From the NCBI GenBank assembly GCA_036679605.1, contig JAZDCZ010000020.1:1-58902 (forward strand): DNA of 58,902 nucleotides, in the 5' to 3' direction. The position numbers were made by a program, and so were the translations under genes. A model generated the notes under the pieces. The model searched no databases. It saw nothing but the letters and a program-made list of their open reading frames with translations, and was not told the origin of the DNA. This DNA is from Gemmatimonadota bacterium (GTDB lineage: Bacteria > Gemmatimonadota > Gemmatimonadetes > Gemmatimonadales > GWC2-71-9). Below, piece after piece: positions 10,336 through 18,780 of this stretch (positions are counted from its first letter, which is position 1; every line of letters begins with the position of its first letter).

Positions 10336-11508
10336 GTGCGCCGAATACTCGGAAAACATCCAAGCGAACTGACCGTCCCCGACCTCAAGCAACTCACGAG
10401 AGAGGGCGAGCTTTGGCGTGAGAGCCGGTTTATCGAGTACAAACGGCAGTTACCAGCGAAGAACTCCGACTCGGTTCGGAAGTTCCTTGAGACGGTTTCA
10501 TCCTTTGCGAATACTCAAGGTGGGCTAGTCATCTTTGGGATAAAGGATCAACAAGGTATCCCCGGCAAGCTGTCTCCACTGGTGGACTTCAATCCTGATC
10601 AGGACGTGATACGCCTTGAAAATTACACTCGTGACCACCTCGACCCACCGCTAACCTCGATCAGGGCCACCCCGATTCAGGATGATGGGGAGGACTTCCT
10701 CGTGTTAGAGATTCCTCGAAGCCTCAACGGGCCGCACGCTGTATGGATGAACAAGGAAGGGCAGTATTGGCGCAGAGGCACAGGAGGAAAGTATATCATG
10801 GACGTGGGAGAGTTACGGGAAGCTTTTCTTGAAAGTGATGCATGGCTGAAGGCGACAGAAAAATTCCGTCAGGAACGGGTGGACCGGATCATAGGAGCTC
10901 GAACGGGAGGCAGGATCGAAAATACAGGTCCTGCAGTGCTGCTCCATATCTTGCCACTTGGTCCCCGCCACCGCATCGATATTGACTCGGTTGCACTTGA
11001 TTGGAAGAGTCACCTCGTACCCGATCTGGGCATCGCCAGTTCGGGGACTACAGCCAGACACAACCTCAATGGAGGGTTGGTCACAGTCATCGGCGACCGC
11101 GGAGGAGCACTTGTCCAGTATTTTCGCCAAGGCGGTATTGAGGTGTACGCAAGTCTTGACTGCTACACATTCGGGACGGAAGGAACCTTCTTGGATGGAC
11201 GCTGTCTCCAAGAGGACTTGTGTAGCTGGATGGATAAGGCGCTCGGATGGATGGGTTGCGCCGAAATCGAGCCGCCAGTTGTTGTGTACCTGTCCTGGCT
11301 GAACGTCAGCAACCGTCGGCTGACCTTCCGTGGGCGGAGCCCTGATGCGGCGCCAGGTAAAGGTTTCGAGGAAGTAACTGAGCTTCAGCCAGAGGTCATT
11401 CTCGACGACCTGCACGAGAATGCGGTTCCACTCGAAGATCTATTTGCCATGATGTGGCAGGCCTCAGGTTGGGACAAGTCCCCCGTTGAACCCGAGGCTA
11501 TCGGATAG
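10336..11508 (+). CDS. AlbA_2 (Schlafen-like) domain protein with uncharacterised C-terminal domain
   Basis: ESRFIEYKR, VSSFANTQGGLVIFGIKD and GPH motifs. Confidence 0.85.
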   Translation: MRRILGKHPSELTVPDLKQLTREGELWRESRFIEYKRQLPAKNSDSVRKFLETVSSFANTQGGLVIFGIKDQQGIPGKLSPLVDFNPDQDVIRLENYTRDHLDPPLTSIRATPIQDDGEDFLVLEIPRSLNGPHAVWMNKEGQYWRRGTGGKYIMDVGELREAFLESDAWLKATEKFRQERVDRIIGARTGGRIENTGPAVLLHILPLGPRHRIDIDSVALDWKSHLVPDLGIASSGTTARHNLNGGLVTVIGDRGGALVQYFRQGGIEVYASLDCYTFGTEGTFLDGRCLQEDLCSWMDKALGWMGCAEIEPPVVVYLSWLNVSNRRLTFRGRSPDAAPGKGFEEVTELQPEVILDDLHENAVPLEDLFAMMWQASGWDKSPVEPEAIG

Positions 11509-11750
11509 CAGACGGATGGTGCAGTCTGCCTATCCGCCTTCTCGATGAGCGCAGCCGAATGACTCTCTTGGGTGATGTTCGAGAACCGAACTACCGAGAA
11601 CACGTCCGGCGACCTAGTGTTTGCACATCCCCATGCCGCGCGGGTGAGGCTAGCGGACCACGACGAGCCCCGCGACATGAGGGATAATTGTAGATCGAGC
11701 TTGAGCGGGTACAAATTGTGATTGCTGTTTCTAAGGGCTAAGATGAGAAC

Positions 11751-12074
11751 ATGTCTCTAGTTGAATGTCCCGACTGCGGTCGGGAAGTCTCAGACAGGGC
11801 TGAGAGTTGCATTCAGTGTGGCCGCCCGATGAGGCGCGCAAGCTCAGCGTCGGTGAACGTTCGACCTGAGCGACTATGGAGTCCGGGAGTCGCCGCAGTA
11901 CTCAGCCTCGTAATTCCTGGTGCCGGACAGATGTACAAGGGCCAGGTTCTTAACGGCCTAGCCTGGCTCTTTTTCGTTGTCATCGGCTACGTAATGTTTG
12001 TGCTACCAGGGCTAATTTTGCATCTGGTGTGCATACTTGGAGCGGCATCTGGCGATCCAACGAAAGCAAAGTGA
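11751..12074 (+). CDS. Zinc-ribbon plus TM2-like small membrane protein
   Basis: CPDCGREVSDRAESCIQCG followed by AAVLSLVIPGAGQMY and hydrophobic helices. Confidence 0.8.
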   Translation: MSLVECPDCGREVSDRAESCIQCGRPMRRASSASVNVRPERLWSPGVAAVLSLVIPGAGQMYKGQVLNGLAWLFFVVIGYVMFVLPGLILHLVCILGAASGDPTKAK

Positions 12075-12110
12075 GACTGCCCCAGGCTGGAGTGGCTCCT
12101 TTCGGGGCCG

Positions 12111-12312
12111 TCCCATTGGCAACCCCATGCGAGTTCACTTTTGCGCCGTTGGCGAGCGGCGCTCAGTGCGCTCTGTTCGCCGTCGCAACTGACGTCGCTC
12201 ACTCATGCCGCGTGATCTGCACATCGCTGATGCGAGGCTTGATCCGCTCGCTCCCGGTCGGCGGCGTTCGCTGCCTCGCGGTCGCACCGCGTCGAGTCGT
12301 GCCCCAGGCACT
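12111..12312 (+). pseudogene. Degenerate tRNA-Leu 3' fragment split in the T-loop by two tandem 78-bp structured elements (12136-12213, 12214-12292)
   Basis: TCCCATTGGCAACCCCATGCGAGTT ... CGAGTCGTGCCCCAGGCACT aligns with the better-preserved fragment at 14024-14155. Confidence 0.6.
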
Positions 12313-12537
12313 AGACAGATCGAGAGTAGGGACGATTGCAGAAAGCGGCTCGTACGGTTGCCCGACGTGCTGATGCGTGGGCGTGGGCGGTCATGTGCGA
12401 TCTGGTGGTGGAATCGCGGGAGGAATCGTTTAACGGGTGCGCGGTGGAGAGCGAGTCTTGCTGGTCTATGTCGTATTAAGAGCGCGCGCACCTAAGAGCC
12501 GATTCAACGACTTTGGACAACTGCTCCTGTTAGCTGG

Positions 12538-12912
12538 CTATGTTACCGCCGGTTCAAGAGTCTGGCCAGTCTGAACTTCTTCGACTTCAGCAACGAACCC
12601 ATCAAGTGCCGGACTTAGATTGACGATCTTCAGCTCGGCCTCGCGCACCTGCTTCGTCTGGGATTGGTCAGCCAAAAAACGTGGCCAGCGAACGGGCTCG
12701 GTAATCGCGCTTCCCCATTCCAGTTTCGTACTGATGTAGTCCTCGAAGACCTCATTAAGGTCGGCAAAAGCCGTTGCTTTGTCGTCTGCGTCAACTTCAC
12801 ACCCAGGTAGTTCCGCAATCCAGGCATGCCAGTACTTGGTGCCTTCGTCAACGAAAAGGCGGCATCGCCTCGCATATGGCAACCTCAGGTAGTAGTCGAA
12901 GTCCTTCGTCAT
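12538..12912 (-). CDS. hicB: HicB-family antitoxin without a recognisable C-terminal DNA-binding domain
   Basis: YYLRLPY...WHAWIAELPGCEVDADDKATAFADLNEVFEDYI...ITEP; overlaps hicA. Confidence 0.8.
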   Translation of the reverse strand: MTKDFDYYLRLPYARRCRLFVDEGTKYWHAWIAELPGCEVDADDKATAFADLNEVFEDYISTKLEWGSAITEPVRWPRFLADQSQTKQVREAELKIVNLSPALDGFVAEVEEVQTGQTLEPAVT

Positions 12913-13187
12913 TGCCCTGGGACCTTTCTAGCTTCAGATGCAAGCACATGTTCCACCGCCCTTAAAACCTTCACCGCAACGCAGTTTTTGCAAGGCCTGT
13001 GCCTCGGGATGATGACTGTAGTATCGACGGGGTAGTCTTGATGCTCAAAAAACGTACCGTGCCGCGCTTCTTTCTTTCTCGTAAAGCCATGTCCCTCAAG
13101 CGTTTGCGCTAGTTGCTCGGGCATCCATCCAGCCTTAGTATCCCGCAAACGCTGCAGAAGTTTCCTGGCAGACCTACCAGTGTCCAC
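12909..13187 (-). CDS. hicA: HicA-family mRNA interferase toxin
   Basis: LEGHGFTRK-EARHGTFFEH...VIIPRH...VKVLRAVE pattern, 92 aa, upstream of hicB. Confidence 0.75.
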   Translation of the reverse strand: MDTGRSARKLLQRLRDTKAGWMPEQLAQTLEGHGFTRKKEARHGTFFEHQDYPVDTTVIIPRHRPCKNCVAVKVLRAVEHVLASEARKVPGQ

Positions 13188-13190
13188 AGA

Positions 13191-13613
13191 TCAGGAACCT
13201 TTTGCCGGTTCCTGCACATCGCCTAGTTGCCTGACGTATAGCGGCACACTGTCCAAATAGGTGTCATCTACACGGACCGTGAAGTCGTAATTGCCCGCCT
13301 TCGGAAGCGGCAGATTGAGGATCGTAACACCGATTACGAATTCGATTGGGAAACCCGAAACGTTCGGTCGATCGAACGCGAATTGTACAGGGTCGGGCCC
13401 GCCGAGTCTTTCTCCAAGATCGTTCACAAAATCCAGTCGCAGCACATGCTTGCCGATCTCGCGGTGATCGCCTTCGATGCGCAATAGTAGCCCCAACGGA
13501 GGCGCTGTGGTTGGGAACTTCCGGGACCACACCAGGTTTACGTGCCCCACTAGGGTCCACTTGCCACCTGAACTGACGACGGCATCACCAAATAGTCCGA
13601 ATCGAACGAACAT
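13191..13613 (-). CDS. DUF6941-like beta-sandwich protein
   Basis: FGDAVVSSGGKWTLVG...LPKAGNYDFTVRVDD pattern; ATG at 13613 with a GGGGAG RBS; ends 3 nt before hicA. Confidence 0.7.
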   Translation of the reverse strand: MFVRFGLFGDAVVSSGGKWTLVGHVNLVWSRKFPTTAPPLGLLLRIEGDHREIGKHVLRLDFVNDLGERLGGPDPVQFAFDRPNVSGFPIEFVIGVTILNLPLPKAGNYDFTVRVDDTYLDSVPLYVRQLGDVQEPAKGS

Positions 13614-13887
13614 TACTCTCCCCTGGTCAGCTACAGTTACTAGAGCTCTGGCCTTATTGTCCCCCTCTAGGCCTCCTATGTGAGGCAAGCAATGTACGTT
13701 TTCTCGTCGCACACCGTTAGTGTGAGGACGGCCCCCTTTTTAATGGGCCGAATTGAAGCGTGGGAGGCGTGGGCGGACACGCCATGTGTCGTGTGTAGCA
13801 GAGCGCGCCTCTCGGGGTGATCCAGGGCGGCTATGCCAACGGAGCGTCGGAGCAGCCAAGGAATGTGCGGTAGTCACGGGGGGAAAC

Positions 13888-13909
13888 CTGTGTCCACAGC
13901 TGTGACCAC
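13888..13909. other. Direct repeat CTGTGTCCAC/CTGTGACCAC, candidate tyrosine-integrase arm site
   Basis: 10-bp direct repeat with a 12-bp period, about 115 bp inside the tRNA-fragment att site. Confidence 0.45.
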
Positions 13910-14023
13910 TGCGGTTCCGTACGATGCGCAAACATGCGGCTCGATTCGCAACAGCAAAATAGCAACCATCGGTAATCGCGTGACTAGGCACTATCTGTCC
14001 TTTCTTGCGGTATCAGCGCGAAA

Positions 14024-14155
14024 ACTTAAAATCCCTTGGGGGAAACCCCGTGCGCGTTGATGTTCGCAGCGGCTGCGGCCGCTGCTCCATCCGCTCTGTT
14101 CACATCGCGGCCTTCGCCGCTCGTTCACGACGCGTCGAGTCCCGCCCCGGGCACT
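14024..14155 (+). pseudogene. tRNA-Leu(TAA) 3' fragment (attR-like), split in the T-loop by a 77-bp structured element (14059-14135)
   Basis: ACTTAAAATCCCT (anticodon loop and stem), GGGGAAACCCC variable arm, GTGCGCGTT | insert | CGAGTCCCGC, CCCGGGCA acceptor strand; no 5' half. Confidence 0.8.
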
Positions 14156-14249
14156 GAGGACTCCCACTTGTAGGAGGTTTGAACCGGTAGAGATACCCCT
14201 CTCAGAAAGAATTGCGCGGTTGCCATGCGTTCGCCGATCGGCAACAGCA

Positions 14250-14296
14250 TTGACTTTTCGACGCCGGCCATTATAGTAGCTAGTTAGGTATAGCTA
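14250..14296 (+). promoter_or_regulatory. sigma70-like promoter and palindromic operator for padR
   Basis: TTGACT-16-TATAGT followed by TAGCTA-N8-TAGCTA just upstream of the ATG. Confidence 0.55.
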
Positions 14297-14307
14297 GCTA
14301 GGGTACC

Positions 14308-14643
14308 ATGCCGAAAGCCAAGAACGACATCCTGCAGGGGACCCTGGGCCTCCTGGTGCTGCGGACGCTGGCCGCCCGCCCGCGCATGCACGGGTACGCG
14401 ATCACGCAGCACATCCAATCGGTCTCCTCCGACCTGCTGCGTGTCGAAGAGGGATCACTCTACCCGGCGCTCCACCGCATGGAGCAGGACGGGTGGCTGC
14501 GGAGTGGGTGGGGAACCACGGAGAAGAACCGCCGCGCACGGTTCTATGCGATCACCGCAGCCGGCAAGCGCCAGCTGGCGCAGGAACGCGAGAGCTGGGA
14601 GCGGCTCACGAAGGGCGTGAGTCGCGTCCTCCGTTACACGTAG
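14308..14643 (+). CDS. PadR family transcriptional regulator (acidobacterial type)
   Basis: LQGTLGLLVL, MHGYAI, VEEGSLYPALHRME, NRRARFY. Confidence 0.93.
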   Translation: MPKAKNDILQGTLGLLVLRTLAARPRMHGYAITQHIQSVSSDLLRVEEGSLYPALHRMEQDGWLRSGWGTTEKNRRARFYAITAAGKRQLAQERESWERLTKGVSRVLRYT

Positions 14644-14655
14644 GAGGGCAAGACG

Positions 14656-17331
14656 ATGTCGTTACTCCGACGATTCACGAATGTGTTCCGCCGCGACCGG
14701 CTGGCGCAGGACGTCGACGACGAGATGGCCTTCCACATCGCCGAGCGCGCCGACGAACTGATGGCCCAGGGTATGAGTCGCGAAGAGGCGACTCGACAAG
14801 CCAAGCTGCGCTTCGGCAACCCGACCCTGCAGCGCGAAAAGACCTACAGCCAGGACATCATTCTGTGGCTCGAATCCGTCCTGCGCGATCTGCGGCACAC
14901 CTTCCGGTTCTTGTGGCGTTCTCCGCGATTCGCTATTGCCGGCGCGTTGACACTCGCGGTCGGTGTGGGAGGCGTGGGCGGCATCTTCGCGCTGGTGGAT
15001 GCCCTGCTGCTCCGCCCGCTGCCGTACCCGGACCCCGACCGCTTGGTGACCGTGATGCATTCCGCGCCGGGGCTCGGTTTGTCTGAAGCCGGCCATTCGT
15101 TCGGAAACTATCACTACTATCGCGACAATAGCCGGATGCTCGAGGACTTCGCGGTCTACAACGAGAGTGTCGTCGAGCTGAGCGGCGGGGGCGAGCCGGA
15201 GCGTGTTCGCGTCGCACTCGTCACGCCGAGTTTCTTCTCCACGCTCGGCGTGGCGCCGGCGCTGGGCCGACCGTTCCGTCCCGAGGACGGATTGCCCGGC
15301 GCTCCGGTGGAACTCGTGATCCTCGGTCACGATCTCTGGACGCGTCGTTACGGGGCGGATCCCGGCATCGTCGGCCGGACCGTGGAACTCAACCGTGCGC
15401 CCCGTGAGGTCGTGGGGGTCATGCCGCGTGGATTCGGGTTCCCGCGCCCGGAGACCGAGGTCTGGTACGCTCGGGACTTCGCGATGTCCGGAGTGCAGCT
15501 GAACCAACTCTTTCTGTCCGGCATCGCGCGGCTGACGTCGAGCGCTTCCCCGGAATCAGCCGAGCGGGAGCTCAACGGGCTGATCCCAGGCCTGGCCGAG
15601 GCCTCCCCGAATGTAACGGTGCAGGAGTTACAGGAGGCAGGTCTCGCCGTTCACGTAGAGTCGCTGCACGACGCGACGCTCGGCGATCTTACGAGCGTGC
15701 TGTGGCTCGTCTTCGCGGCCATGGTGCTGGTGCTGGCGATCGCGGGGGCGAACGTGGCGAGTCTGTTCCTGGTCCGCGCCGAGGAACGCCGTGTGGAGAT
15801 GACGGTGCGTGCCGCACTGGGTGCGGGAAGGGCCGAACGGATACGCATGTTCCTTATAGAAGGCGTCGTGCTCGGCGCATTCGCCGGCGCGTTCGCGGTA
15901 CCGCTCGCCGCCTGGTTGGTCGAGGGTGTGAGGACGTTCGGTCCAACCGATCTTCCACGGATGGGCGAGGTAGTCTTCGCGACGCGACATGCCGTTCTCA
16001 CATTCGGGGGTGCGCTGTTGCTCGGCGCGATCTTGAGCGCCGTGCCAGTGCTGCGCCCGGGGCCGCGAGCGGAAGGATCATCCACGCTGCGCGTTGATCA
16101 GCGCGTCCCGATCGGCCCCGGCCAGCGGCGCGCGATGCAACTGCTCACCGTGAGCCAGATTGCCGTCGGATTCGCGCTGCTAGTGGGAGCCGCGCTCTTG
16201 CTCCAGAGCTTCTGGCGTTTACGCAACGTGGATCCGGGGTTCGACGCCGATAACGTGCTCACCATGGCCATTGCGCTCCCTCACAGGACGTACCGCCGCG
16301 AAGCCGCGGAAGCACGGTTTTACCACGCGCTGTTGGAGCGTATACAGGCGCTGCCCGGCGTCGTCGCGGCGGGCGGCGCCGTCGCGTTGCCGCTCACTCC
16401 GGGCGACTATTCGGACGACTTTCTGCGGGACCCGATGTCCATCGAGGGCGTGCCTGATCCGGCGGAGGGGGCGCCGGTCGTGGCGTTCGTCAACGTCACG
16501 CCGGGTTACTTCGAGGCTCTGCGTATCCCGACTATCTCGGGCGACGTCCCGACGAGCTGGTCGTCCCCGAGCCACACTGTCGTGGTGAACGCCGCATTCG
16601 CACGCCGCTTCCTAGCCGGGCAAGATCCTCTCGACGCACGCGTGCGTCCGATACGCACTTGGAGGCCTGTACCATGGCACGCCGTCACCGCGGTGGTGGG
16701 AGATGTGCGTGACGTGGGGCTCGTCGCCGACCCGACACCCATCGTGTACGTCCCTGTCTCCGAGTCGCTCGATGAGCGGGCGTACTGGCCGGGCAACATG
16801 AGCCTCGTGATCCGTACGAGCGTGGCGCCGCTTTCGCTCACGAGTGCTGTTCGCGCGGTCGTCCGAGACATCGATCCGCAGCTCCCGATCGCACGCGTAC
16901 GAACCATGGGGGACATCGTGGCCCGGGCCACCGCGCCCGAGCGCTTCATGACGCTCGCCCTCTCCCTGTCGGCGATGATTGCGCTTTTTCTCGCGGCCGT
17001 CGGGACGTACGGACTCGTGGCGTATGCCGTGAGCCGCCGCACGCAGGAGCTGGGCGTGCGCATCGCGTTGGGTGCTTCGGGCACGGGCGTGCGACTGCTG
17101 GTGTTGCGTCAGGGTGCCGTACTCGCGCTCGCCGGCGTCGCGATCGGTGTCGCCGCGGCGCTGGCAGGGGGCAGAGTCATCCAAAGCCTGCTGTACGAGG
17201 TTGGCGCGGCCGATCCGGCTACGCTCACAGCGGCGTCGCTCGTTCTCTTCGTCGTGGTGTTGCTGGCGGTTGATGTTCCGGCGCGCCGCGCGGCGCGGCT
17301 TGATCCGATCGAAGCGTTGCGTCGTGAATGA
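14656..17331 (+). CDS. ADOP-type duplicated MacB/FtsX ABC permease
   Basis: DDEMAFH prefix, LLRPLPYPDPDRLV, two periplasmic and FtsX halves, RRTQELGVRIALGA, PARRAARLDPIEALRRE. Confidence 0.92.
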   Translation: MSLLRRFTNVFRRDRLAQDVDDEMAFHIAERADELMAQGMSREEATRQAKLRFGNPTLQREKTYSQDIILWLESVLRDLRHTFRFLWRSPRFAIAGALTLAVGVGGVGGIFALVDALLLRPLPYPDPDRLVTVMHSAPGLGLSEAGHSFGNYHYYRDNSRMLEDFAVYNESVVELSGGGEPERVRVALVTPSFFSTLGVAPALGRPFRPEDGLPGAPVELVILGHDLWTRRYGADPGIVGRTVELNRAPREVVGVMPRGFGFPRPETEVWYARDFAMSGVQLNQLFLSGIARLTSSASPESAERELNGLIPGLAEASPNVTVQELQEAGLAVHVESLHDATLGDLTSVLWLVFAAMVLVLAIAGANVASLFLVRAEERRVEMTVRAALGAGRAERIRMFLIEGVVLGAFAGAFAVPLAAWLVEGVRTFGPTDLPRMGEVVFATRHAVLTFGGALLLGAILSAVPVLRPGPRAEGSSTLRVDQRVPIGPGQRRAMQLLTVSQIAVGFALLVGAALLLQSFWRLRNVDPGFDADNVLTMAIALPHRTYRREAAEARFYHALLERIQALPGVVAAGGAVALPLTPGDYSDDFLRDPMSIEGVPDPAEGAPVVAFVNVTPGYFEALRIPTISGDVPTSWSSPSHTVVVNAAFARRFLAGQDPLDARVRPIRTWRPVPWHAVTAVVGDVRDVGLVADPTPIVYVPVSESLDERAYWPGNMSLVIRTSVAPLSLTSAVRAVVRDIDPQLPIARVRTMGDIVARATAPERFMTLALSLSAMIALFLAAVGTYGLVAYAVSRRTQELGVRIALGASGTGVRLLVLRQGAVLALAGVAIGVAAALAGGRVIQSLLYEVGAADPATLTAASLVLFVVVLLAVDVPARRAARLDPIEALRRE

Positions 17332-17380
17332 CCTCCACTTCGCCGTCCGCCAGCACCCGGGCTTCACGGCCATAGCGGTG
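17324..17380 (+). pseudogene. N-terminal remnant of a second ABC permease
   Basis: GTG overlapping the previous stop reads MNDLHFAVRQHPGFTAIAV, the typical start of this family, then homology ends. Confidence 0.6.
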
Positions 17381-17480
17381 GAGCAGCGCCGCGCGCCGAA
17401 CTTAGCTATGTAACAGTGATCGTCAGGGAATTCGGGGACAAACGCGCCGTGCCTTCGATTTAGTGAAACGAAGCGATGGA

Positions 17481-17877
17481 ATGACCGAATGGAAGGTTTA
17501 CCGCTACGTCACGAAACAGAGTGATGATGTGAAGCTGCTGTCCGGGCCCATCAAGCGGCAGATTGATTATGGGCATCACGCCGACGTTCTGCTGGCGTGG
17601 CCGCTCACTCGCCGTCGGCGACTTGGCCGCCTCGGGCTCGTTTCGCGTCGAGTCTCTCCCCGGGTATTGTTGTGCCGCAACGACTTCGACGCCATGTCGA
17701 GCGTGCTTGACATGCTTTGAGCGGCATGCGGACGACTGCCACCGTGGAATACTGGCGAGCAGATGGGAGGCGAGAAGAGGCGGTGTCGCAAAGCACCTTG
17801 CTACCGATGGTTTGCCAAGACGTGCAACTCTCAAAGAAGTGTTGGCTGCCCGGGAATCTTTGGGTACCACATCCTGA
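17481..17877 (+). pseudogene. Possible frameshifted hypothetical gene
   Basis: Two overlapping protein-like ORF segments joined near 17715; no family recognised. Confidence 0.25.
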
Positions 17878-18090
17878 CGAAGCACTCCCATTTGAGAGTC
17901 GGGCCCTGAGAGAACTTCGTTGAAAGTCGGGTCCTAGCAACGCACTCGCGTCTGAGAGTCGGATCCTGACGAGGACTTCGTTAGAGAGTCGGGCCCTGAC
18001 GAGGACCCGCTCGGCCGAGCAAAGCGTCCTTAGAGGACGCACTTCTTTCACTAAGCAGCCGAGCGAGGGCTTGTGAGCCCTCGACTCACA
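17871..18090. repeat. REP/BIME-like cluster: about five tandem ~30-bp GAGTCGG units, a central GCGTCCT/AGGACGC hairpin and an inverted REP copy
   Basis: GAGTCGGGCCCTGACGAGGACCCGCTCGGC (17986-18015, +) and GAGTCGAGGGCTCACAAGCCCTCGCTCGGC (18087-18058, -); units decay leftwards. Confidence 0.8.
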
Positions 18091-18157
18091 ACACCATTGC
18101 ACTCTGAGAATTATTCGTTCCATTGCCTTCCGATCTGGACGGTGGGCGTCAACTCAC

Positions 18158-18544
18158 CTATTCGCGAATGCGAGAAAGGGGGTGGTGTTGTGCTTGATGG
18201 TGTATGTAATGGCTGACTCGTGGAACGGCCCGAGGCGATACGGAGCGGAGGTCATAGCCGCTCGCCCAGCGTAGTTTTTCACCTTTAACGATATCGTCCC
18301 TGTTGGCGACGCGCGCGCTCGCGCCCTTGAGACCTTGTACCAATCGGGGTATGTCGATGACCGAAGGCAACATGAGTAGCATGTGTATGTGGTCGCTAAC
18401 TATTCCTACATCGATTGCGTTGGCACCGTAGCGGCTGGCTACGGATTTGAGGAATCGTCTCAAAAACTCTGCGCCGCCAGCATCGATCAATGGCTGATTG
18501 CGGAACGTGGTCCACGTCAAGTGTACATACATCGTGACTGGCAT
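18158..18544 (-). mobile_element. tnpA: Stand-alone IS200/IS605-family HUH (Y1) transposase, RAYT-like
   Basis: YVHLTWTT, DHIH (HUH), KGAS, WASGY, YIHHQ (catalytic Tyr/Gln); no tnpB nearby. Confidence 0.88.
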
Positions 18545-18780
18545 ACGACTGCAAAGAAGCATGGATAGACATAGAGCACATACTCAATTGATCGCAGTGA
18601 TGAACAAAATTATGCGTCCATCGCAGAGATCCGGTTGTGACTGTGTCGAATCCCTTCCCGGGCATCGCGGTGTTCCTTGGACGTCAAGTTCACCAGTGCA
18701 CCGCTTAGGCGCTGCGCTGGTGCGCTCGTCACGCACGGTTCCTGCTAGCCACCGGAGGTTAGGCAAGGCATCTTAACCCC

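Noticed and set aside
12489..12537. Integron attC sites (also GTTAGGC near 18757 and GTTAGAT near 42911-42928)
   Set aside because: Only core-like heptamers are present, without convincing paired L/R boxes, and there is no intI in the window
14024..14155. Functional or intron-containing tRNA-Leu
   Set aside because: The 5' half (acceptor 5' strand and D-arm) is missing, and the insert is far too short for a group I or II intron
17871..18015. CRISPR or mini-array
   Set aside because: The period is only ~30 bp, the variable parts are decayed copies of the same hairpin, and there are no cas genes
18158..18780. Complete IS605 element with TnpB
   Set aside because: No tnpB ORF or remnant flanks tnpA
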